Below are positions 45,701-54,107 of a stretch of DNA of 64,000 nucleotides, piece by piece. The stretch's first letter is position 1. Each line of letters starts with the position of its first letter. The position numbers were made by a program, and so were the translations under genes. The stretch is from a virus: the IMG/VR virus record IMGVR_UViG_3300021961_000053, positions 19,216 to 83,215 of that record; one strand, 5' to 3'. The notes below the pieces were generated by a model. The model saw only the letters and a list, made by a program, of their open reading frames with translations, was not told the origin of the DNA and did not search any database.

Positions 45701-47932
45701 GAAAGTCCCCAACTTCCTGGTGGTTCTGTTGCTACTGCAAGAATTAATGTTTCTGGTGGCAAGATTTATAATGCCGAGGTTTCTATTCCTGGATATGGAT
45801 ACACCGAAGCACCAGCAGTAGTCATCAAAGGCGTCGGAAATGGCGCTGGAGGATGCACAATTGAAACCTTCATAGAGATTGATACCCCCGCAGTTAGAAT
45901 GGGCGTAGCGACTGATTTCGAGGGTCTCACGCAATCCACAACACCAACTCAATTTAAGTTTGATCACCCAGTATATCTACAAAATGATACAGATTATGCT
46001 CTAGTTGTTGAGACAGACTCGATTGATTATGAAATGTGGGCTTCTAGATTGGGAGAAACAGATCTCTCCACCAGCACTGTTATCACATCACAACCATCTC
46101 TTGGATCTGTTTATAAATCACAGAATACAGAGAATTGGACTGAGGATATTTTTGAAGACATTAAGTTCTCTCTATACAGAGCAGAGTTTAATATTACAAG
46201 ACCAGCAGAATTGCTGCTTAAAAATGAAAATCTTGGATATGAGAAATTAAATCCAAATGCATTTGAAACAAATGCATCCTCTGATTCGATTGCTACATCA
46301 AAATTATTCAAGAATAATAATAGTGTGGTAAAAGTAAGTCACAGAGACAATGGTTTCGAAGATGGTGGTAAATCTTATGTGTTCTTCAGAACAGTTTCTG
46401 ATGTGGGTGGAATTACCTCGGAAGTATTGAACACAAACTTGTTTGAAGTTACAAACAGTGGATTGGATTCTTACAATATTAGAACTATTACAAAAGCTTC
46501 CCAAAGCACATTTGGTGGTGGATCCAATGCCTATGCGACTTATAACAGAAAATTTGAAACTCTGTATCCACAAGTTCATTACTTAACTGTTACTGGAACA
46601 AAATTAGACACTGCAGTAAAGACTACTAATATTATCCCCGTCGATTCCTCTACCCAGAACTACAGTTCTTATTCACAAACTGAATACGAAAAAACATTCT
46701 TGAACGAACCACACTATTTTGACAATCAAAAAGTAATTGCATCTGAGATCAATGAGACACTCAATAATATCAATAGATCACTTACATACAAGATGACACT
46801 ATCATCTACTGTTTCATATTTGTCTCCAGTAGTTGATCTATCCAGTGCTTCCCTCAAGACTGTCACAAACAGAATTGAAAATGGCAACGGACAAGAAAAT
46901 AGATATGGTAGAAGAAATCAGATTCTTGAATTTTATCCAATATACACTTTCTCACTAGCTACATCAACTATTGGTGTAACTTATACAAATCTACAGAGTA
47001 TCAAGGGAAAAACATCACAAGCTACAGGTTCAATTGTTAAGGTGGATGGTAGCAACGTTTGGGTTAAACTTTCAACAAAGCAAGGTTTTGTAAATGGGGA
47101 AGAGGTAGAACTAACTCAGTCTATTGCAAATCCTGTCACAGTTGGTTCTATTCCAACTCCAATTACACCTACTATCAATAGTTCTACACAATCTCCTGCT
47201 GGTGAGTCAATTACTATCGTTGCTCGCAATCCAGTTGAATCCAAGATTCTGGAAACCTATGATAATAGAATCACTGGCAAATCTATCATTTGGAATAAGA
47301 CATCTAGAGAATTAACTCTACGAACAGATATTAATCCAATTAACGATAACTATACTGCCAGAATCATTGATAATAATTTATATGCCAGAGCAAACGAGGT
47401 CACAGATCAAATTGCTGATATTTTCCGTGTAGGTGATATCATTTCATATCCAAATCAACCAAATGACGAAGCATTCTTCATGGAGGTTTCCAAGGTTACA
47501 TATAGTAATGGTGTTGATTTTGTTGCAGAAGACACATCTAAAAATAGTTCTTCTGTTGCAAAATATGTTACCAAAGAGGTATACATTAATAATGCAGCAA
47601 CAGCGATTGATGTTCATCTTCTTGCCAACGTGAAAGACATCTCCAACATCCAAGTTCTCTACAAGTATAAGAGAGCATCAAGTCAGGAGAATTTTGAAGA
47701 TTCGGAATGGTTCTACTTTAATGATAACGGACAACCAGATTCATACGAGATTGCTACTGCTGAAAATACTATTTCTAGTATTGTTGAGAAGCAGTCTGCG
47801 TATCAGGATCTTAAGTACAGTGTTGCTGACCTTCCAGAATTCTCATCTTTTGCGATCAAGATTGTTATGAAGGGTGTTGATCCAGCATATGTTCCTAAGA
47901 TCCAAGATATCCGAGCTGTTGCAGCTTTCTAA
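39797..47932 (+). CDS. vrlC: VrlC-like (DUF4815-type) large virion structural protein
   Basis: MPQKTNLNVNPYYEDFD..K.FY..LFRPG...Q.RELTQLQSILQNQ, APGAHRLKI, LARRTFDESGDY, RYTMRDIGKLEKRI..LEYY, PLAQTF; CTAAATA box at 39756. Confidence 0.85.
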   Translation: MPQKTNLNVNPYYEDFDANKNFYKILFRPGYSIQGRELTQLQSILQNQVESFGRFAFKQGQLVIPGEVSLNTKLDYVKLSSVTEVAVNDGNDIVYKKYDITQLIGQTLRGITSGVRATVLTANLATANSADTLYVNYLNSGNSNTEETFRQGETLEVINGVNTPLMVVGTDGSVLPTSISVKDPESGLITSLESPAMGYGSAVKVEEGIYFVNGYFVRNDEQLLVIDEYYNKPSAKVGFTIVEEIITPEEDSSLYDNAIGSSNYTAPGAHRLKISLALKEFSLDAITDKNFIQLLTVLKGTVQRKIAAADYTLLEQTLARRTFDESGDYVVENFSVDIREYAQQNSNMGIYSVDEFGLYNGLTQAEASKKMVASIGPGKAYIKGYEIVNKETKYLEINKARESLTSDNVTIKTKGLPTYTISNVYGSVPLNKEGSQLTAYPTVYLYNLFNDGYVGLNGTESNTNYRQTIQRRGLFFDSNTAIKTITLNIVDVNIPITSISPDELETTFAKLWYVKTRAGTNVVSSVDVLSYTKVFKPLINPGTTEESKFLEVTVAGLKSDLENVFKDYDESSDNKRRKLFLTQNDALGDEKEGLSSTIFAYIVDYSDSITPVIGTAKPSNFYLQRRGDGFNPDSDVVISKGILPQGTEAYNASFGFSYFDPQFFTKLKLNSTPPQGSYAVGVYVYGLTSGAYGVVEGAPGGVYSTGNLLFVKTLSGKFVPGETIRDEKGNLVKIAQENTISHFIVQNRGLGYPTTTKIIIDGVTYDSSQFEVNTIATGVYKISINDTSALVQYSKPPVVTFDTGSANPTESASVLPILNKNSVTTYTPQNVKSFGASYGSGNENKFTADVIADSRTFSDITPITDFTFFGLKGTKFLESTSFSADASPVVQQGDLVQFSDASNNTIRAIVQYATSPSGSSKTRIYLDETLYDDVTGTTVVRLRPKVANSNAGTLLFPTGSKQVSKISAGSEDSKIKYYFRRDFVTSGSTDGGLITFAAQLPFGTQRFAAFNENNYIITVLNKNSADLVETGDIIYIDPDFVTISSSTDTASGLTAGSIEFELPKSYFTANYEGVANYVAPDLKLTATLEVTNAKPRLKTAVRNRRIVVSSAGDRVLPFRGTNYDSDSVEILSYSDAFKLRYVYEGTSTQPPEIDRAGNLVSGTDVTNRYTFDDGQRDTIYDVSRIIIKPGFEPAVGQLVIAFDYFEQSQGDFCTIDSYLHESGVTEDEIPSFNSSVLGNVDLKNLIDFRPKVNSQTIIAGFQDTSSLEVTSSNFSGAGAVVASTPAPDINLEYTFSFSQVQYLDRIDGIFLNKNGEFVVKEGNSSLNPSKPDQIKDAIPLFYAYIPAYTNTSRDVRITPVEHKRYTMRDIGKLEKRIERLEYYTTLSILEQQALNMQVKDDIGLDRFKCGFFVDNFEAHKVGNLVSADYKCSIDSKQSVLRPQSKEDSLKLKEVYTRQDQRSVAGYQKSKDIVTLPYSPVRLLGNDFASKTINPNPFVVFQYVGDGKISPEIDQWYDQSIDPLVVDTNTSIFNIFLAKDDSKESFASLHNSFIVNWVGTSPSFTSINSLGESNSANARSTVSAASVGSSSNISPQNNEIGKGVQSKSVGENIVSTSLQFFARTQPIKFVIGRLKPNTKVSVFLEGRNINRWVNPDLRFTGTAANSLSAFNGDIVTDESGNASGLILLPAGYPPKENATWTGDIGTVDYDTSAEELRFTVGTLTFRFTSSSVDASKETVDTYAEIKYYATGILPENPAGIVSTKPSYFKSNEGVQFVDSNTDNPLRPNPLAQTFRVENYDGGLFVTGADLYFKTKSAEVPIKVYLTNVDYDKPGKNIIPGTEATLTPSTYLKCYANGNANITLGEYVIGTSSAASGPISAVYDKNGVELTPTSTGIYSLTNEQVYTLVLSNHNGRSFSQNEDLEIPSVTLANALSGTNIKITIAKDSGKLSDIRITNPGANYDSAVLTIESPQLPGGSVATARINVSGGKIYNAEVSIPGYGYTEAPAVVIKGVGNGAGGCTIETFIEIDTPAVRMGVATDFEGLTQSTTPTQFKFDHPVYLQNDTDYALVVETDSIDYEMWASRLGETDLSTSTVITSQPSLGSVYKSQNTENWTEDIFEDIKFSLYRAEFNITRPAELLLKNENLGYEKLNPNAFETNASSDSIATSKLFKNNNSVVKVSHRDNGFEDGGKSYVFFRTVSDVGGITSEVLNTNLFEVTNSGLDSYNIRTITKASQSTFGGGSNAYATYNRKFETLYPQVHYLTVTGTKLDTAVKTTNIIPVDSSTQNYSSYSQTEYEKTFLNEPHYFDNQKVIASEINETLNNINRSLTYKMTLSSTVSYLSPVVDLSSASLKTVTNRIENGNGQENRYGRRNQILEFYPIYTFSLATSTIGVTYTNLQSIKGKTSQATGSIVKVDGSNVWVKLSTKQGFVNGEEVELTQSIANPVTVGSIPTPITPTINSSTQSPAGESITIVARNPVESKILETYDNRITGKSIIWNKTSRELTLRTDINPINDNYTARIIDNNLYARANEVTDQIADIFRVGDIISYPNQPNDEAFFMEVSKVTYSNGVDFVAEDTSKNSSSVAKYVTKEVYINNAATAIDVHLLANVKDISNIQVLYKYKRASSQENFEDSEWFYFNDNGQPDSYEIATAENTISSIVEKQSAYQDLKYSVADLPEFSSFAIKIVMKGVDPAYVPKIQDIRAVAAF

Positions 47933-47941
47933 GTTCCGCGT

Positions 47942-48148
47942 ATGTCATACATCAAAGTTGAAGGGCATGATGGTCTCGTCAGAGATGAGACCACAGGTGC
48001 TATCTTGAATTACGACAGTTCTGCTATAGAAGCCAGGCGTAAATTGAAACACCTCAATTCCGCGCTTGAAGACATAAATATGTTGAAGAATGAAATCTCT
48101 GAAATCAAATCACTACTTAGAGAGCTAATCAAAAATGCCAGCAATTAA
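47942..48148 (+). CDS. Small conserved-type protein (KVEGH..LVRD..TGAI.N) with coiled-coil tail
   Basis: Pattern typical of the gene following the VrlC-like gene in T4-like cyanophages. Confidence 0.75.
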   Translation: MSYIKVEGHDGLVRDETTGAILNYDSSAIEARRKLKHLNSALEDINMLKNEISEIKSLLRELIKNASN

Positions 48149-51100
48149 TGTCGCTAGAACTGATACCTTTGAACAGCAAAGGGTAAAGATCAATCAGATT
48201 GGAGACCAAATTTTTAATGTTACTGCTGGTGGAAGTGACCTATCTACTGGCAATCTAAAACTTGGTGATGGTACTATTCCACAACCAAGTTTAGCTTTCG
48301 TATCAGATGGATCATTAGGAATCTATAAAGCAGGTTCTGGCACTATTGGATTTGTTAGTTCTTCCAAAAAGTTATCAGATATTTCATCTGAATCTGTAAA
48401 ATATTACAGAGATTTTATATTAGAAAAAAATTCATTAGATACTCTTTTTACTTCTATTATAGACTCTGGAAGTAATTATGATGCTGGAGGTTATCAAGAT
48501 ATTCCAGCTATTGGTGGAACTGGTGATGGAGCAACATTATCTATTACAGTCGATGGATTTGTTGGTTCTATTACAAATAGCGGATCTGGTTATACTTCTG
48601 GTACATATCAAAACGTTTTGTTATCTGGTGGATCTGGCACTGGAGCTGAATTCAATTTCACAGTTTCTGACGTTTCTGGTATTATTACAAACGGCGGATC
48701 TGGATATCTTCCTGGAAATTATACTAGTGTAAATCTTACGGGTGGAACTGGAACTGGAATTCAAGCAAATATTACAGTATCAGATTATTCATTTGATGTG
48801 ACAGGAGGAAGCAACTATCCTTCTGGCACTTTCAAGAGCGTTTCGCTAACTGGAGGATCTGGAACAGGATTCAAAGCAAATTTACTTGTTTCTGGTGGAG
48901 CAGTACAAGGATTTGCTGGTGTTTTCAGTAGTGTTTTAGTAAGTGCTGGATCTGGATATCAGGTTGGAGATATCCTCACATACAACTTCCCAACTGGAAT
49001 TACACAAACTTTCACAGTTACAGCTGGCGGCGGAAAATATTATTTGGATGGTGTCATTGCAAATGATTTTGCAATGCTGCGTGGTAATACTTACATTTTT
49101 GATGCAAGTGATTCGTCTGCAGCAAATCACCCAATTTTCATTGGATCTGCTCTAAATGATAACAACAGTATTTTGGGATCAGCAGATGGAGTTACATATG
49201 AACTAGATGGTATAGTTGTAACACCACAAGACTACCTTGCAAATTATTCATCATCTACTACAAGAGTTGTTACATTTGTTGTACCAGCAAATCCAAACAA
49301 TAATCCAGTATATTTGAATTGCGCCCTCCATCCAGATATGGCTGGATCAATAGATTTAGTTACTGCTACAACAGGAAGTAATTTCTCACTTCAAATTACC
49401 CAATTAGGTGGAGTTATATCGGATGTAACTATCACAAATACAGGAAATGGTTATACATTTGGCGACGTTCTTGGAGTAAATCCCGCTGATATTGGTGGGT
49501 CTGGTTCTGGATTTGTTTTTAGTTTATCTGGTAGTTTTGGAACAATTGATGAGATTACGAATATTCCAGATTTTGGAACTGGTTATCAAATTGGAGATGT
49601 TCTAACTCTTCCCCCAGCTGTATCAAATGTATCTACTTATGCAAGAGGAACATTAGATTTTCTTGGCATCAACTTAGTATCAAATGCAGAAGTAACCTCT
49701 ATCACTTACTCTGGATCTGCTCAAGGTGGCGCCACAGTATATTCGAATATAACTCCAACAAGAATTAGTGGAAATGGTACTGGTCTTGTAGTTACCGTTA
49801 CTGTCACAACTCCTGCTGGAAACCCAACTTATGCCAGTGTAGATATTGTAAATCCTGGATCTGGATATAGACAAGGAGATCAACTCAAAATATTAGGTTC
49901 CTTACTGGGAGGAGCTGATAATGGAAATGATTTGAATATTTCTGTAGCATCTATTCAACCATGCAATCCACAAATCAATGTTGGTGATACTACTGGTATA
50001 TCTCCTGGAGATTCCGTAGATGTAATTCAAAATGTAAATAACCAAGGACAAGTTGCTGGTGGATCAACAGTATTGAGTGTTGATAGTGCTTCTCTAATTA
50101 CTTTAGATATAGCACCACCAACACCTGGAACTGTAGATATTAGAATTACAAATCAAAATCTCACCCATCTAACTGTACCAGATTCATCCCTAATTAAGGT
50201 TGGATTCTCTGTAGTAAAAGTAAGTGGATCTGGTGAAATTTTTGTTGGATCTTCTGTAACTTCTATTATTGATGCAACTACAGTTGCTATGGGTCTCCAA
50301 CCATCAACTCCTGGTCCAATTGTTGTCAATTTTGAACCAACATATGGAAACGGATCTGGTTTTTCCTATACAATCACTGATGTTGGTGTTGTTTCGGATG
50401 TAAGTATCACTGATGGTGGAAATGGATATTCACCTGGAGATATTCTGGAAGTTTCCAGTAACTTACTAACATCCCCAATAGAATATCTTGTAACTAACGA
50501 GAATACAACAAAAATATATCTATCGAGTAATTCTGTACCAGACACTGCAATTCAATCTGGCGATTTTGTCCAAGATCCTGGTGGAAATATTTTATCTTCC
50601 ACAGTAACATCATCAACATCTGGTCCAATAGATGCTGTTTATACTGGCGTAATACCAATATCAACATCTGGAAATGGTGTTGGTGCTAGATTTGATGTCT
50701 CTAGAGGAAATACTGGTGATGTTTTATCAGCTAATATTGCAATAGGATATGAAGGTAACTTCTATCAAACTGGAGATACTGTTACACTACCTGGAGCATC
50801 AGTTGGAGGATCAACTCCAGGAGATAATATAATTATCACAATTACAAACGTTGGTGCGGCGGGACAAGATCTTGAAGTATATAAAGCAAAATCTTCTGCA
50901 GGATTTTTAGAGTATATTGTAACAGATCCAGCATCTTTTTCTGCTGGAGATAAACTAGTAAATTCGGCAAGTCCAACCGTTGGATATGAAGTAGATTTTT
51001 CAGTTAATGAATTTAGATATTTTATAGATTTGCAGGATGGTAATGGACCACAATTTACTCCATCCTGGACGATGTATGTTGGCAACATATACAAGTTTGA

Positions 51101-53558
51101 TCTTTCCGATCAATCAAATGGATCTCATATTTTTGCACTAAGTCGTTTTAGAGACGGTCAGTGGTCCCCAAGTTTGTTTGAAAATATTCAAACTACTCTA
51201 AGCACAACATTAGCACAAATTGCTGTTGGAAGCACTGCTGGAATTCTTCCAGGAATGTCTGTTGAGAAAGTTTCTGGTGATGGAGTGCTACAAACAGATA
51301 CTAGAGTTCTTTCTGTAAATTCCGCTACATCACTTACATTAGATAAGACACCAACTGCTGCTGGATCCATAGTTATTACTATTGCTGGAACAGAGTATAC
51401 AGATGGCGTAACAAGAGATACAGACAGTTTAACAATTCGTGTAACGGAATCTACTCCAACTCTATATTATTTCTGTGATACAGATAACAACACCCATGTA
51501 AATGAGGGTGGTGATGATAATGAAGAAGCAGTTATCACAATAGATCAAAACAATCCAAAGCAATTTGGTAGCGGTTTCCAATTGTTAGTAACAGATGTAC
51601 TAAAAGAAACCACAATTTCTGGAACTATTGATGGTTTATTATCTGCTGTCGAAATTCAAACTTCCGATATTACATCAACCAGTGCAACAATTAATGATGT
51701 ATCATCAGATTCTATTACTACTGCTACTATAAGCACACCAATTATAACTTCTTCTACTGGACTCACTGCTACCGTCACTGGTGATGTAACATTTTCAACT
51801 AGTAATTTTAAAATAGGAACTAATCTTCTTATTAATGGATCTACTGGTGATGTCTCATCTTCTGGATATTTCAGTTCTGCAGAATACAGAGTAGGAAATA
51901 ATCTCAAGATTTTAGATAGTAATCCAGATGTAGCAACAATAAAGAGCTATAATGGTGCAGATTTAAGGATAGTTTCGGACCTAGGAAGAGTAGTTGATAT
52001 CGATACTACAACTGCTATAGCAATTCCAGTTGGTGATACAAATAGCAGACCAATTGCTGGTGTAGTTAGAGATGGATGCATCAGATTTAATACAGAAACA
52101 AATCAATATGAAGGTTATAGCTCATCCACCTCTTCCTGGTCCTCATTGGGTGGTGTTAGAGACCTAGATGGAAATACTTATATTACTGCAGAAGAAACAG
52201 TAGGATCAAATGACAATACATTATGGTTCTATAACGATAATATACTTACTGTAAAATTTACTCCAACAAGATTACAATTTATAAATCAGAAGACAATATC
52301 ATCTCCAAATGTAAATGCCCCAGCATTTACAATTTGGACTGCAAATACTCCTGTTTCTCTTGGTTCTTTCGTAAAATATAAAAATAATCTTTACGAGGTC
52401 ACTGTTGCTGGAACTACAGCAACTTCTGGAAATGAACCTATTCATACATCTGGAGCTTTGGCGAATGGATCAGCAGAACTTACTTGGTATTCTTTAGCAG
52501 TAGCTCCACTGACTTTTGATGATATTGAGGTTTTGAGAATTGGACCAACAGGATCACTTCCATTATCTATAAACAACGATCTAAGACTTGCTGATAATAC
52601 AATTTCAACAGATATAAATGACTTAGTTATTCGTCCAAATACTGGAAAGAAAGTAATCGTTGATGCCCCAACATCATTAGTTATTCCTTCTGGTGCAGAT
52701 GCTGATAGAGGAGTTCCAATTCAAGGATCAATTAGGTTCAGTCAAACTTCATTGCAATTTGAAGGTTACGACGGAATTAACTGGGGATCTTTGGGTGGAG
52801 TAAAAGATGTAGATCAGAATACTTATATTATTCCTGAATTATCACCAGGATCAAATGAGAATATTCTATATTTCTACAATGATAATAATAATACATTACA
52901 GTTATCTACAACATCATTAGATTTCTATTCAATTGATACGATTAGATCCGTGACTTCGGATGAATTGGAGATTACAGCTTCTCTACTCACATTTGATAAC
53001 GGCACTTCAACATTCGATAATACACAAACAGATAGAACATTTTTACACACAACGAAACAATACTTTGATCTTGGATTATCTGCTGGTTTGACAACAGACC
53101 CAGTATTGAGATTGGATGATCAGGGTGACGTATTCTTGAATGTTGGTTTTGGAACTGGCACCTTAGATATGGTCAAAGTATTTGATGGAGACCTAAAAGA
53201 ATTTGAACTTGCTGATGTTAAGATTTTGACAGAAAAAATAACTCTAGTCAAAGGAACTTCTGATAATGGTTCATCAGAACTCTATCCAGTAGCTACAAAT
53301 GCTGGTTGCAAAACCACTGTCATTGCTGTAAATCCAACTTCTGGTGATAAAGAGTTTATTGAGTTTGGTGTTCTTGATGACGGCACTGATGTGTTCCATA
53401 CAGAATATGGAAACATTAGAACTGGCACACAGTTGATAGTTCCAACTTTTGAAGTTACTGGATCAAACGTAGTAAGAATAAATATTGCATTGGGTGCTAA
53501 TGTAAATCCAACGGAATCTGTAAATATCACCTTCGTTTCAAACATTACTAAGAAATAA
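48135..53558 (+). CDS. Virion structural/fibre protein (1807 aa)
   Basis: N-terminal TDTFEQQRVKIN; Y..V.LTGG.GTG repeats; two G.IRFN....FEGY...W.SLGGV.D.D repeats; CBM-like W.A.T....G..V.Y..N.Y motif. Confidence 0.8.
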   Translation: MPAINVARTDTFEQQRVKINQIGDQIFNVTAGGSDLSTGNLKLGDGTIPQPSLAFVSDGSLGIYKAGSGTIGFVSSSKKLSDISSESVKYYRDFILEKNSLDTLFTSIIDSGSNYDAGGYQDIPAIGGTGDGATLSITVDGFVGSITNSGSGYTSGTYQNVLLSGGSGTGAEFNFTVSDVSGIITNGGSGYLPGNYTSVNLTGGTGTGIQANITVSDYSFDVTGGSNYPSGTFKSVSLTGGSGTGFKANLLVSGGAVQGFAGVFSSVLVSAGSGYQVGDILTYNFPTGITQTFTVTAGGGKYYLDGVIANDFAMLRGNTYIFDASDSSAANHPIFIGSALNDNNSILGSADGVTYELDGIVVTPQDYLANYSSSTTRVVTFVVPANPNNNPVYLNCALHPDMAGSIDLVTATTGSNFSLQITQLGGVISDVTITNTGNGYTFGDVLGVNPADIGGSGSGFVFSLSGSFGTIDEITNIPDFGTGYQIGDVLTLPPAVSNVSTYARGTLDFLGINLVSNAEVTSITYSGSAQGGATVYSNITPTRISGNGTGLVVTVTVTTPAGNPTYASVDIVNPGSGYRQGDQLKILGSLLGGADNGNDLNISVASIQPCNPQINVGDTTGISPGDSVDVIQNVNNQGQVAGGSTVLSVDSASLITLDIAPPTPGTVDIRITNQNLTHLTVPDSSLIKVGFSVVKVSGSGEIFVGSSVTSIIDATTVAMGLQPSTPGPIVVNFEPTYGNGSGFSYTITDVGVVSDVSITDGGNGYSPGDILEVSSNLLTSPIEYLVTNENTTKIYLSSNSVPDTAIQSGDFVQDPGGNILSSTVTSSTSGPIDAVYTGVIPISTSGNGVGARFDVSRGNTGDVLSANIAIGYEGNFYQTGDTVTLPGASVGGSTPGDNIIITITNVGAAGQDLEVYKAKSSAGFLEYIVTDPASFSAGDKLVNSASPTVGYEVDFSVNEFRYFIDLQDGNGPQFTPSWTMYVGNIYKFDLSDQSNGSHIFALSRFRDGQWSPSLFENIQTTLSTTLAQIAVGSTAGILPGMSVEKVSGDGVLQTDTRVLSVNSATSLTLDKTPTAAGSIVITIAGTEYTDGVTRDTDSLTIRVTESTPTLYYFCDTDNNTHVNEGGDDNEEAVITIDQNNPKQFGSGFQLLVTDVLKETTISGTIDGLLSAVEIQTSDITSTSATINDVSSDSITTATISTPIITSSTGLTATVTGDVTFSTSNFKIGTNLLINGSTGDVSSSGYFSSAEYRVGNNLKILDSNPDVATIKSYNGADLRIVSDLGRVVDIDTTTAIAIPVGDTNSRPIAGVVRDGCIRFNTETNQYEGYSSSTSSWSSLGGVRDLDGNTYITAEETVGSNDNTLWFYNDNILTVKFTPTRLQFINQKTISSPNVNAPAFTIWTANTPVSLGSFVKYKNNLYEVTVAGTTATSGNEPIHTSGALANGSAELTWYSLAVAPLTFDDIEVLRIGPTGSLPLSINNDLRLADNTISTDINDLVIRPNTGKKVIVDAPTSLVIPSGADADRGVPIQGSIRFSQTSLQFEGYDGINWGSLGGVKDVDQNTYIIPELSPGSNENILYFYNDNNNTLQLSTTSLDFYSIDTIRSVTSDELEITASLLTFDNGTSTFDNTQTDRTFLHTTKQYFDLGLSAGLTTDPVLRLDDQGDVFLNVGFGTGTLDMVKVFDGDLKEFELADVKILTEKITLVKGTSDNGSSELYPVATNAGCKTTVIAVNPTSGDKEFIEFGVLDDGTDVFHTEYGNIRTGTQLIVPTFEVTGSNVVRINIALGANVNPTESVNITFVSNITKK

Positions 53559-53560
53559 AA

Positions 53561-54061
53561 ATGGCAACTACAAAAGAAAAGTTTGATTCAACAGGTGGAT
53601 TTTCCATCGACAAAACTGTTATTGTTGATGAATTGAGAAATGCTAAAGATCTCAATACTCTTGAGATAAAAAATTCCGAATTTGTTGATAGTAAATCAAC
53701 AACGTATATTTTACGTGGTTTGAATACTTCTGTTTTAGAACTCGATAATGTTGGATCTCAAATTGTTATTGACAATAATACAATAAATTTTATCACTGGT
53801 CATATTATTGCTGTAAATCCACAAGGATATGTGTATTCTGCTAAAATAGAAAGTGCTCTTTTATGTGATTCTATTGGAGCAACTACAGTCTTATCTAGTA
53901 TGAGAACAGTAATCAAAGATGATGTTCCTTCTGGACAAACTTGGGATATTGAACCTTTAGGATCTTCAAATAGATTTAGTTACAGTACAACTAGAGCAGG
54001 AACAACAAACGACATAAAGTGGATTGCAACAACTCAAGTTATTAGTATCGCGTGGGCTTGA
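53561..54061 (+). CDS. Virion structural protein (166 aa)
   Basis: Beta-rich ORF between fibre genes. Confidence 0.7.
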   Translation: MATTKEKFDSTGGFSIDKTVIVDELRNAKDLNTLEIKNSEFVDSKSTTYILRGLNTSVLELDNVGSQIVIDNNTINFITGHIIAVNPQGYVYSAKIESALLCDSIGATTVLSSMRTVIKDDVPSGQTWDIEPLGSSNRFSYSTTRAGTTNDIKWIATTQVISIAWA

Positions 54062-54107
54062 TGCTAAATATAACTGAGGATAATAACGGCGGGAGCTAGC
54101 AAGCACC

